A DNA stretch of 61,561 nt, filler included, from Chiloscyllium plagiosum (taxonomy: Eukaryota): the NCBI RefSeq assembly GCF_004010195.1. It is 4 parts of one record of this genome, joined end to end, with 100 filler letters (N's around TTAATTAATTAA, not from the genome) between each part and the next. Parts side by side here need not be neighbours in the genome. Positions count along the whole stretch, not along the records: positions 50,413 to 61,561 come from NC_057716.1; 3 more parts are not named here. One strand, 5' to 3'. The notes below the pieces were generated by a model, which searched no databases, had not been told where the DNA came from, and was given only the letters and a program-made list of their open reading frames with translations. The position numbers and the translations under genes were made by a program. Positions within the stretch are counted from its first letter, which is position 1. Each line of letters opens with the position of its first letter. Of the stretch, positions 50,413-61,561 are shown piece after piece.

Positions 50413-52231
50413 GCATAACTGTCTGGATTATTTTGGGCTTTCACTAGACAGTTCCCTACATAGTGTGTTACAGCCCTGTGTAACTCGGGCCACCAACACA
50501 GTTCTTTCAATCGTTTGGTACTGGCCTCTATTCCCTGGTGCCCATGTCCATCATGGGACTGATATATGAGTTGTTCCTTTCCTGAGTCGGAGCGATATAG
50601 ACTCCTGTTTTGATAACTAATCTGTCCCACAGCTGCAGGGAATCTCTCTATTTGACATAAGCCTCTGAGTAAACCCCTCCCACAATGTGTTTGAAGGAAT
50701 CATTGTGGTACTGGGCCTGTCTATGTTTGTCTGGCTGACAGACACTGCATTGGCCTGCTCACCCATGGGGGGGACGAGAGAATTCTCTGACATCAGCACC
50801 TCTCCTCGCTAACACATCTGCTCTGCGGTTACCTTCTGGAGATGTTTTGTGGTGGCTACTAACTTTAATTATGCTACATTTCCTTCCACTAGCGGCCTGC
50901 AGTATGTATTTGGATAAGGGGCTGATGATAGGTTTTCACAGCAGTTGAACTAAACCCTCGAGCTTCCCATAATGGTGAGAATTCAGTGAGGATGTTGCAC
51001 ACAGACAATGCTATCAGAGTATATCTCTGTGGGTGAAGGGAACAGATCAGGGTGGCTGACCACATCGGCTCCAGCTACTAGTTCCACAGCCTGGGCACTT
51101 CAATGGCTGCCTCATTTTAAAGCTAGTCCCAATAGTGGCTGCTGTCCTTGAGTGTTGGTCATTTATATCCCACAGCCGGTGATCCGACTGCCGTCTTCTA
51201 CTGTGGAGGATCCATCTCCATCAATTCTGACAGCAGTGTCTGTCTGGTTATCTTTTTGTTTCATCCCTAATTGTTTTTCCTACTGTAGGTATAAAAGGGT
51301 GGGTGGGGCTGTTTAGTGTCTATGATTTGGCAGGCATGTGGGTCTCCCCCATTATTTAGGTTATCTGTTAGGAAGGAGGGCACCTTGGTATATCTGACCT
51401 TGGTGTCCCAGCCAGGAAGCATTGGAGTCCATTTTGTGACTCAAATCTGGCTCACTGAGCTGGCTTTGATTCGGCTGTCCAACAGGAGCTGGATTGAGGT
51501 GTGCTCAGTCAGTATGGTCAGTGGGTTTAAACTAATGATGTCGTCGAATTACTGGATTGTCCAAAAGACTGCAAGGGAATGTCGTTCACACATGGAAAAC
51601 CCTTGTTACACGGATGTCGGAGCCTGGAGGGGTAGGTCACTGTGTCTGGCCTACCGTGTCGCTCCTGCAGTAGAACAGCAGCTATTGCCCAGTCTGTGGC
51701 TGCAATTTCTAGGCTGCATGTTATGTCAGGGTGTTGTACTAGTAAGGCAGATGCTATTGTGAGGGGCATGTTTTAAATAGTTACTGCCTCAGGGTTTTGA
51801 GATATCCAACACCAGATAGCGTTCTTTTACAGCAACTCTGAGAGTTGAGCTGCTTTGGCAGTGAACCCATCAATGTGGTTCCTGCAGTATCCCACTAACC
51901 TGAGGAAAGGTCAGACCTCACTAACCTCTTGCGGAGTGGGAGTCGTTCAATGGTCTCTATTTGCTTTCGGTCTGTTTCCCTTTTCCTGTGGGTGACCATG
52001 GTTCCCATGTGAGTTGCCCTGGGCTGTAAATTTGTGTGCCATTTTCAGATTTATCTTCCATCCTAGATTGTGTATCAGAGCGAGTAATCCGTCCAGGAGC
52101 TCAGTGTGCTCCTTCTTTGTTTCCATCTGGAGAGGTAGGTCATCTACATATTGGATTAGACAGTCAGGCCAGGAAAACCTTTCCAGTCCCTTGGATAACC
52201 ATCTGTGAAAAATCGATGGTGAGTTAGGGTT

Positions 52232-53030
52232 ATAGAGTCATAGAGATGTACAGCATGGAAACAGACCCTTCGGTCCAACCCGTCCATGCCGATCAGATAT
52301 CTCAACCCAATCTAGTCCTACCTACCAGCACCCGGCCCATATCCCTCCAAACTCTTCCTATTCATCTCCCATCCAAATGCCTCCTCCAAACTCTTCCTAT
52401 TCATCTCCCATCCAAATGCCTCTCAAATGTTGCAATTAGACCAGCTTCCACCACTTCCTCTGGTAGCTCATTCCATACATGTACCACACTCTGTGTGTAA
52501 CAATTGCCCCCCAGCACCCGGCCCATATCCCTCCAAACTCTTCCTATTCATCTCCCATCCAAATGCCTCTTAAATGTTGCAATTAGACCAGCTTCCACCA
52601 CTTCCTCTGGCAGCTCATTCCATACATGTACCACACTCTGTGTGTAACAATTGCCCCGTAGGTCTCTTTTATATCTTTCTCCTCCACCCTAAACCTACGC
52701 CCTCGAGTTCTGGACTCCTTGACCCCAGGGAAAAGATGTTGCCGCTTTATCCTATCCATGCCCTTCACAATTTTGTAAACATCTATATGGTCACCTCTCA
52801 GCCTCCGACACTCCAGGGAAAACAGTCCCAGCCTGTTCAGCCTCTCCCTATAGCTCAAATCCTCCAACCCTGGCAACATCCTTGTAAATCTTTTCTGAAC
52901 CCTTTCAAGTTTCACAACATTTTTCCGATGGGAAGGAGACCAGAATTTCACACAATATTCCAACAGTGGCCTAACCAATGTCCTGTACAGCCGCAACATG
53001 ACCTCCCAACTCCTGAACTCAATACTCTGA
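52232..53030 (-). mobile_element. CR1 LINE 3' end inserted into the retroviral RT, with internal tandem duplications
   Basis: LYRTLVRPLLEYCVKFWSP...RLNRLGLFSLE; tail at ~52235; repeated blocks at 52325-52680. Confidence 0.9.
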
Positions 53031-53717
53031 TCTTGAACCCTTTGGGTAGCCAAGTACAGGTATACTGCAGTTCCTGGAAGGGAAACGTGAATTTGTACTG
53101 ACAGGACTGATTGAAGCTGATGGAGCTGGAACCATTCCTGATATCATGTCCTGTGACTGTCAGTCACCTTGGCTCCCTCCCCCTCTGTAAACTGTATTGT
53201 CTTTGTGGTTTCGGGTCGGGCCCCTCGATTATCAGTTCTCCCAGGATACCCTCACAGTCACGTTTACACTGGGTGAATAGCCCTTTGTGTTTCGCCAACA
53301 CCTCTCTCACAGCTGGATCCCTGGTCATTGTCAGGGGATTGAACCCAATCTGCCCTATTGAGCTGATCTGATTTGTATCATTTCCTGTTGAAATGATGGA
53401 CGGGGCAGTGCGAGCCAGAAACAGTTGCCATTTGCAGACATTCACTGGGTCAAAGGTTAGAGAGCACCTAGTCATGGAATCGACACTGAGAATGTGTTCT
53501 GCATTTGGGGGAAGGTTAACTAAGATAGCAGCGTGCTGGCATGTCACATTGTGCAGATTAAACTCTCTTAGTTCTGTAATGTACCCTTGCTGTATATGGC
53601 CAGTAAACTCAATTAAAGCAATAGTCCCTGTGGTCCGCCAGGATAGATCATTAAGTCCCGAGGTGTTCAAGGGTGTCGAGGTGTTAACGGGGTGCTGTAT
53701 GTGATTGTTGCTTGCAA

Positions 53718-56015
53718 ATAGAGCCACAGAGTCATAAGATGTCAAGCACGGAAACAGACCCTGCGGTCCAACTTGTCCATGCTGGCTAGATATCCCAGTC
53801 TAATCTCGTCCCACCTGCCAGCCCTTGGCCCATATCCCTCCAAACACTTCCTATTCATGTACCCATTCAGATGCCTTTTAAATGTTGCAATTGTGCCTTC
53901 CTCCACCACTTCCTCTGGCAAGTCATTCTATATGTGTACCACCTTCTGCATGAAACAGTTGCCCCTTAGGTCTCTTTTATATCTTTCCCCTCTCACCCTA
54001 AACCTGCGCCCTCTAATTATGGATTCCCCAGCCCGGGGAAGAAACTTTGTCTATTTATCCTATCCATAATCCTCATGATTTTATCAATCTCTATCGGGTC
54101 ACCTCCAATACTCCAGGGAAAATAGCCCCAGCCTATTCAGCCTCTCCCTATAGCTCAAATCCTCCAACCCTGGTAACATCCTTGTAGATCTTTTCTGAAC
54201 CCTTTCAAGATGCACAACATCCTTCCAATGTGATGGATACCAGAATTGCAAGCAATATTCCAACAGTGGCCTAACCAATGTCCTGTACAGCTGCAACATG
54301 ACCTCCCAACTCCTGTACTCAATACTCTGACCAATAAAGGAAAACATACCAAACACCTTCTCAGCCCATTACTCCATCTGATCAAGATTCCGTTGTAATC
54401 TGAGGTAACCGTCTTCGCTGTCCACTGCACCTTCAATTTTGATGTAATCTGCAAAATGACTAACTGTACCTCTTATGCTCATATCCAAATCATTTATGTA
54501 AATGATGAAAAGTAGAGGACCCAGCATCGATCCTTGTGGCACTCCACTGGTCACAGGCCTCCAGTCTGAAAAACCACCCTCCATTACCACCTTCTGTCTT
54601 CTACCTTTGAGCAAGTTCTGTATCCAAATGGCTAGTTCTCCCTGTATTCCGTGAGATCTAACCTTGTTAACTAGTCTCCTATGGGGAAGCTTGTCGAATG
54701 CCTTACTGACGTCCATAAAGATCACTTCCACTGCTCTGCCCTCATCAATCTTCTTTGCTACTTCTTCAAAAAAGTACGTGAGACATGATTTCCCACGCAC
54801 AAAGCCATGTTGACTATCCCGAATCAGCCCTTGTCTTTCTAAATACATGTACATCCAGTCTCTCAGAATTCCCACCAACAACTTGCCCACCACCAATATC
54901 AGGCTCACTGTGCTATAGTTACCTGGCTTGTCCTTACCACCCTTCTTAAATAGCGGCACTACGTTAGCCAACCTCCAGTTTTCCGGCACCTCACCTGTGA
55001 CTATCAATAATACAAGTAGCTCAGCAAGGGGCGCAGTGATCACTCCCCGAGCTTCCCACGAAATTCTAGGGTGCACCGATCCAGTCCTGGTGATTTATAC
55101 ACTTTTATGCGTTTCAAAACACGCAGCACTTCCTCCTCTGTAATATGGACAGTTTGCAAGTTGTCACCATCTATTTCCCTACTTTCTCTATCTTCCATGT
55201 CCTTTTCCACAGTAAACACTGATGAAAAATACTCATTTAGTATCTTCCCCACCTCCTGCAGCTCCACACAAAGGTCACCTTGCTGATCTTTGAGGGGCCC
55301 TATTCTCTCCCTCGTTACCCTTTTATCCTCAATGTGTTTTTAAAACCCCTTTGGATTCTCCTTAATTCTATTTGCCAAAGCTACCTCATGTCCCCCTTTT
55401 GCCCTCCTGATCTCCCTCTTAAGTATACTCCAGCTGCCTTTCTATTCTTGTAAGGATCCACTAGATCTATCCTGTCTATACCTGACATATGCTTCCTTCT
55501 TTTTCTTAACCAAAACATCAATTTTTTTAGTCATCCAGCATTTCCTACACCTGCCAGCCTTTCCTTTTACCCTAACAGGAATATACTGTCTCCGGACTCA
55601 AATTGTCTCATTTCTGAAGGCTTCCCAATTTCCAGCTGCCCCTTTACCTGTGAATATCTGCCCCAATCAGCTTTTGAAATTTCTTGCTCAATGCCGCCAA
55701 AATAAATCTTTCTCCAATTTAGAACTTCAACTTTTAGACCTGGAATATCTTTTTCCATCCCTAATTTCAAATGAGTAGAATTATGGTCACTGGCCTCAAA
55801 GTGTTCCGCCACTGACACCTCAGTCACCTGCCCTGTCTTATTTCCCAAGAATAGGTCAAGTTTTGCACCTTCTCTAGTAGGTATATCCACGTACCGAACC
55901 AGAAAATTTTCTTGTACACACTTAACAAATTCCTCTCCGTCTAAACCCTTAACACTATAGCAGTCCCAGTCTTTGTTTGTAAAATTAAAATCCCCGAACC
56001 ATAACCACCCTATTA
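53718..56015 (-). mobile_element. CR1 LINE (endonuclease to 3' tail) inserted upstream of the retroviral protease
   Basis: GDFNF..PTREGAKLDL..SDH (EN); WRLANVVPLFKKG..QHGFVRGKSCLT..SGVPQGSMLGPLLF..FADY (RT). Confidence 0.9.
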
Positions 56016-56739
56016 AATCCATCCATTTATTTCCCAACTCCCTTCCTGCCTTCTCAGCAGCTTCTTTGTCTGACACTGTGTGTTGGGGATCTCAGTATGC
56101 TCATTCACACTGGGTATGGTATTGCCCCGTGGGTAGGAGGTTTACTTGATTTCTCTGGACCAGAGCTGCATTTTTCAGTTCTAACTCCGGGATTTCCCTT
56201 TTTGCGTCCCCTAGTTCTTTACGGATGGATTTTCCTTTCTGCTCTGTCCCTAAGAATTGCCCTAGACAACACATTATCGCTGTGACCTGCTCAAGTTTGG
56301 AAACCTGCTTCCCTTGAGTTCTGCTAAAATTATCCCAATACTTCTACCCTGGGGATCCTGGGCCCATTTCATCGTTTCAACAAAATTCTGCCCATGTGGA
56401 CCGCTTTTTCTAACTAATATACTGTCTCAGTGTTGTTTCCCGTACTCTACTCTGGTGCCATTCTCTGCCATTTTGAATTAAACTACGGGGTATAGCGGGT
56501 GGATCAGACTGAGGGTACGGTTTTCGCTATGTTCCAGTTCTAATCCCACCGAATATTTACAGATTTTCAGTGTTTTACCACACACACACACAGACACATC
56601 TTTGAAAGAACAATTCAGTTGAGACCAATCTGTTCTCTTTGATTTGCTTGAATTCCTGGTCATCAGGTGGGAAAGCTGTCCTCTTAACAACCATCTCAGA
56701 CAAAATCTCAAGGAATATTAGGTTCCACTTTTTATCGAG

Positions 56740-56758
56740 GTCCCATCATGGGTAGCCA
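56740..56758 (-). promoter_or_regulatory. Primer-binding site, tRNA-Arg-like, 3 nt from the LTR edge at 56762
   Basis: Minus strand ...caACA-aat-TGGCTACCCATGATGGGAC. The plus strand tcccatcatgggtagcca resembles the tRNA-Arg 3' end TCCCATCTGGGTCGCCA (recalled, not searched). Confidence 0.6.
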
Positions 56759-57349
56759 ATTTGTTGCCTCTGAAACAAAATGTTTTTTTAACTTTTAAAT
56801 CTAGCAAAAGCGCTGAGACGGCTCTTAATAATAATAAACAATATTATTCATTTATTTGACACAATTAAGACTATCATAACAAGATACACTACAAATGAAC
56901 CATTTACACAACAAATGCTATCTTCTGCTTTAACCTTAACTCTGGATGATCATAAACAATCACTACATAAATAGGCCGTGCTCCACATCGTGATGTCACC
57001 TGGTCTTCTCCTGATGAATTCAGGGATATCTTCATTTCTCGGTGGTTGGTCTCGAGTTACCGCTCTCGAGTTACCGCCCTGAGTGTGGTGTTGTGGGAAT
57101 GCTTCCCTCTTCACAGACGGTGCCTGATCTGCTGAGTTTTGAAGCATTCTGTGTTTGTTTCAGTTTTGCAGCATCAGAAATATTTTGCTTCAGAAATGAT
57201 CTTCCGATGTCTGATCTTGTCTTCCTCACTGGTCACTATCTTTCTCTCTCCAAACCTTGAAATCATGTCCTTTAGAAAAAACACATTAGCTAATGTCATT
57301 TACATATATACTATAAACATCTCTGGTCCTAGCAGATGGGAATGAGGGA

Positions 57350-57490
57350 GGAACAGCATGTTTTCCTGCAGTCTATCTACCTTCTCATCAACCTGTCCGC
57401 AAGATGTTATTATACCCCTCTGAAACAGGTGGGATTTCAGCCCAAGATCTCTTGCCTGGGACATTATCACTGCATCACCAAGAGCCCTCT
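57350..57490 (-). mobile_element. Old SINE (same family as 890-965)
   Basis: Reverse of ggctcttggtgatgcagtgataatgtccc...gggctgaaatcccacctg. Confidence 0.45.
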
Positions 57491-58199
57491 TCCTGTGCAC
57501 TTCTGAGCTATGTCCCTTGGTCAATATGGAACTCAGAATGCCATTGGTCCTACAACTCACATGTTTGACTTTCCTTTTGGAACATGAAACACGGTGAACT
57601 CAGCAGTTCCAAAGAAATTTCCTTTATCAAAGAACTCCATTAAGCACATTATAGCAGGCACTTGTTAAACTCTTCTTCAAAGGAACAAAGATATGTTTTA
57701 TCTTGGATCATCAGGGGGCACTATTACAAACATCCAGTCCTCTTGACCCTCTCCCATATTTTCATCGTTCCTTCATTCAGCAACCCTCACACATTCTATC
57801 CAGATCAGGGAAAAGTTTTGCTGTACTCTGGGACAAAGGCACTGGATTGGAAGATGGCGGTCAAGCGAGAAAGAAGATGTCCTGATGGCACAAGTGACAT
57901 TTTATTGTCAATAGTTTTGCACATCTATGTGTTCACCATCTACAATCAGCTCTGTCTGTGAGTCTCTGACCAGCTGTGAATCTGATGTTACAGGGACTGG
58001 AGCCAGCCATCCCTGTCACTGCACACCGCTCCATCGCCCCAAGTGGGAGGTAACCCATAGCTACTGTATCCAGGCAACAGGGAAATCACAGGTCACTGTC
58101 ACCCTGGCAGCTACATTCTCACTTTTTAGTGACACCAATGTGCTGCAGAAATGACTGGACTTCCCGAGTTATCTAAATTATTCCCAAGTTAACAATAAG

Positions 58200-60460
58200 G
58201 GGCTGCTGAGAAATGACTGAGGAGGATTCTGGGAGGAATCAGCTCAGCCACCAGGAGTGAACAAAAAGGAGGCAAGCTCCAGCCGAGAGGCCATTGTTGG
58301 AGCAGCCATTTTGAGAAGGGCTGCTTTGTTGTTGAAGTAAGCTCCAGCCGAGAGGCCATTGTTGGAGCGGCCATTTTGAGAAGGGCTGCTTTGCTGTTGA
58401 AGTGCTGGTGGTGGTTTAAGTGTGGGTTTTGGTAGATACTGGGATACTCGGTGAGGAGGGTGATCAGCAACGAGGTAAGGGTAAGGTTCTGTCCTCTGTC
58501 TTACTGTGAGGTGACAGAGATGGCAGTTAGGGCAGTGGTATGCTCCTCCTGCCAGATGTGGGAGATCAGGGAATAGTCTAGTGTCCCTGACGACTGTGTC
58601 TGCAGGAATTGTGACCGGCTACAGCTCCTCACAGACCGTGTGGTTCAGTTGTAGAGGGAGTTGGACACACTGAGGAGCTTACAGGGGGCAGAGAGTGTGA
58701 TAGACACTAGTTACAGTGATGTGGCCACTCCACAGGTTCAGTCAGGGAGATGGGTGACTGCCAGGAGAGGCAGGTAGTGCAGGAGTCTCCAGTGGCTATT
58801 CCCCTCTCTAACAGGAATACCGTTTGGGATACTGTTGTGGGGTCATTGGGACCAACGACATAGGTAGGAGAAGGGATGAGGTCCTGAAGAGTAATGAAAG
58901 GGAGTTATGCAGAAGTTTAAAATGTAGGATCACAAGGGGAGTGTTTTGGGGACTACTAGTGTTAGCGAGAATAGGAAAAGGAGGATTTAGCAGATGAATG
59001 TATGACTGAGAGCTGGTGCAGTGGGCAGGGATTCAGATTCTTGGATCATTGAGATCTGTTCTGGGGCAGAGGTGAGCTGCCCAAGAGGGACTGGTTGTAC
59101 CTGAACTGGAGGCAGTGGGGAGATTTGGTGGAGCCACTTGGAAGGGGTTAAATGAGTCTGGCAGGGAGGGGAGGATGAGTATTGGGGGGGGATCCAAAGC
59201 AGGAGGGAGACATAAGAGAAGGTTGATGACAGTACAGAAGTTAAGGAGAGCGAGTAAAACAGTCGAGGCAGTGTTGATAATCCTCGTACTAGACAGGGAA
59301 CACAAGAGTACGCAGGAAGCAAGGGAAGTCAGGGTTAAACTGCATTTATTTCAAAGCAAGATGCCTGACAGGTAAGGGAAATGAATTCAAGGCACAGATA
59401 GATACATGGGACTGGCACATTGCAGCTGTTACAGAAACATGGCTGTGACTAGCGGTATACCACAGGTATCAGTGATGGATCCACTTTTATTCATCATGTA
59501 TTTAAAGAAATTGGATGAGAAATTTGGAGATATGATTAGTAAGTTTATGGATGCTACTAAGATTACTGGTACAGTGAACAGTGAAGAAGGTTACCTGGGA
59601 ATACAGTGAGATCTTGATCAATTGGACCATAGGGCTGAGGAATGGCAGATGGTGTTTAATTTAGATAAATGTGAAGTGTTGCATTTTGTTGGGTCAAACC
59701 AGGTCAGGACTTACCCAGTCATTGGTCAGGCCATGGGGAGTGTTATAGAACAAGGAGATCTAGGGGTACAGGTTCATTGCTCCTTGAAACTGGAGTCACG
59801 GGCAGGCAGGGTGGTCAAGAAGGCTTTGGTCATGCTTGCTTTCATTGCGGAGAGCATTGAATACAAGAGTTGGGACGTCTTGGTGCAGCTATACAAGATG
59901 TTGGAAAGGCCACATTTAGACTACATCGTGCAGTCCTGTTCACCCTCCTATAGAAAGGATACAATTAAACTGGAAAGAGCACAGAAAAGATTTCCTATGA
60001 TGCTTCCTGGGCTGAAAGCTTTGAGCTCTCAGGAGCGTGTGGGTAGGCTGGGAGTGTTTTCCCTGGAGAACATGAGACTGAGGGGTAACCTTAGGTGTCT
60101 ATAAAATCATGTGAGGCAGAGAAAAGGCAGATAGCCAACAGCTTCTCCCCATGTTAGAGAAGTCTCAAACTAGAGAGCACAGGTTTAGTCTGAGAGGGGA
60201 GAGACCCAAATAGGTGCAGAGGGGCAATTGTTTCCCACAGAAGGTGGTGAGTGGATGGAGTGGGATCCCAGAGGTAGTGGTGGAAGTGAGTACAATTTTG
60301 TCACTTTAGAAACATTTAGGCAGTTACATGGTTGGGGCAGGTATAGAGGGACTTGGACTAAATGTATACAAACTGGACAAGTTTAATTGTACAAACTGGG
60401 TAGCATGGACAATTTGGGCTGAAGGGCCTGTTTCCATGCTGTAAACCTGTATGACACCAA
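58200..60460 (+). mobile_element. CR1 LINE retaining 5' UTR and ORF1 (Cys-rich/zipper plus esterase remnants), large ORF2 deletion, 3' tail
   Basis: ORF1 from 58520 MAVRAVVCSSCQMWE..DCVCRNCDRLQLL; HWDQRH/GTNDIG-like region; RT VTSGIPQVSVMDPLLF and WQMVFNLDKCEVLHF; tail gggctgaagggcctgtttccatgctgta. Confidence 0.85.
58274..58403. repeat. 65-bp tandem duplication in CR1 5' UTR
   Basis: 58274-58338 and 58339-58403; each contains GCCATTTTG. Confidence 0.9.
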
Positions 60461-61561
60461 ATGCTCTGAGCTGTTTGGGGAAGGAGCTGCAATGTACAAT
60501 ATTAAAGGGTCTGCCCTTCAGTTCTGGGTGTGTGCTGAGTGACCTTGCCCTTTCAAGGGGCCTCCCATTGCACGGACTTGCAGATACCCCACCCCCACCC
60601 GAGGTCGCACATCCAAACACTTACCCTGCTGGCCTCATGTTCAGGTGCAGCCATCTTCATTTCTGAGTCACAGCAGGATGGAAGGCAAGAGCAGGCTTCC
60701 CTAAGGCTCTGTCACAGTAATGTTTGCCTCAAACCAGTCTGTGATATTCCAGTGTTGCTCCTTGTCTGTTCAGGGTGTGGTATTATAGATGATGATGTCT
60801 CACAGAATGTGCCATTTCACTTCTGCTCTCTGAGTGGGAATGCTGCAAAGTGCCTTTTAGTCAAGTTGTGGAAAAGTTGCTTTTTATTTGAGAAAGCCGT
60901 ATAGCTGATGTTAACATGGGAGCAATGTTTCTGCTTTGAATGAAATAGAACTTCAAGGGCTGTATAGTTAATTTGATACATATCAGAGAGATGTGTGTCT
61001 CAAAGCACAAAATATTTCTGTTTTTCAGCTCCTCCTAAGTGTTCCCTTTTGGTTTTCAGGGCTGCCCTTCCATTCTCGCTAACTCCTTTATTAATTGATG
61101 CAGTCACCGTGTGGCATTACCTTCTGTGTTTGTCTTCATGGATATTTTCATTCATAAACAGAACTCAGGAAACTTATTAATATTATCAATAACCACAGTG
61201 TTAACCCACAATAAAGCCACAATATTTCGGGAAAACATTCATTTCCTGGATGGATGCTGTAGTCAAATTGACACTAAACAAAAGCCATAAGTTTGCAAAA
61301 TGTACTTCCCCAAAATAAGTGACACATAATTCACGGGACACAAAAAGCTACAACAATAAACATGCTTCCTGCAGACTGAAGGAGTGACCGTTCATGTGTT
61401 TCCACACATAGTCACAAAGTTGGAACAGTTTTTAAACCAATTTGTTGCTACCTACTTTTACTGAGATGTTAGAAAATAAATATTTATTTGTTTATTTATT
61501 ATTCAATCAAATAAAAATATCAGATGTCAATTTCTGATTTAAATATAACAATTGGCTCCAT

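Larger units (their letters stand above)
50413..57000 (-). mobile_element. Degenerate endogenous retrovirus-like element (LTR-PBS-gag?-PR-RT-tether RH-RH-IN), interrupted by two CR1 LINEs
   Basis: GPDPKPQRQY; DIRNG..QYKFTFPFQELQYTCTWLPKGF; NSPSIFH..PDCLIQYVDDL; tether LEIAATDWAIAAVLLQE; RNase H DGSS..SAQAVELVA..IYSDS..GNRRADVLA; integrase HDGHGHQG..WWPEL..NCLV. Confidence 0.75.

Noticed and set aside
60625..60662. Possible 38-nt minus-strand exon (cag|aaATGAAGATGGCT...AGG|gtaagt)
   Set aside because: Good splice signals but no partner exons or recognisable peptide; it cannot be distinguished from chance.

Overview
Eukaryotic, repeat-rich genomic DNA, almost certainly from a cartilaginous fish (shark). 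The evidence is HE1-type tRNA-derived SINEs sharing a 3' tail with CR1/HER1-type LINEs, Penelope-like fragments and shark-type GPR139/142-like GPCR exons. Three 100-nt gaps carrying the artificial linker TTAATTAATTAA split the window into four segments whose adjacency is unproven. Main content: (1) a ~4.15 kb inverted duplication (7827-11982 / 13844-17987) with two tail-to-tail rhodopsin-class GPCR exons, one open and one with a premature TGA; the duplication turns around inside a ~38-bp degenerate minisatellite. (2) In each arm, a TSD-flanked Penelope-like fold-back insertion carrying minimal hammerhead-ribozyme motifs. (3) Several degenerate Gmr1-like Gypsy elements (SCAN-like gag, integrase upstream of RT). 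(4) A ~5.6-5.8 kb direct duplication (29946-35504 / 43035-48869) holding exons of a decayed, possibly sulfotransferase-like type II membrane gene. (5) A retrovirus-like relic (50413-~57000) with a tRNA-Arg-like PBS, QYVDD RT, two RNase H domains and an integrase, interrupted by two CR1 LINEs. Family assignments are from motif recognition by eye; no searches were run, and most TE boundaries are approximate.
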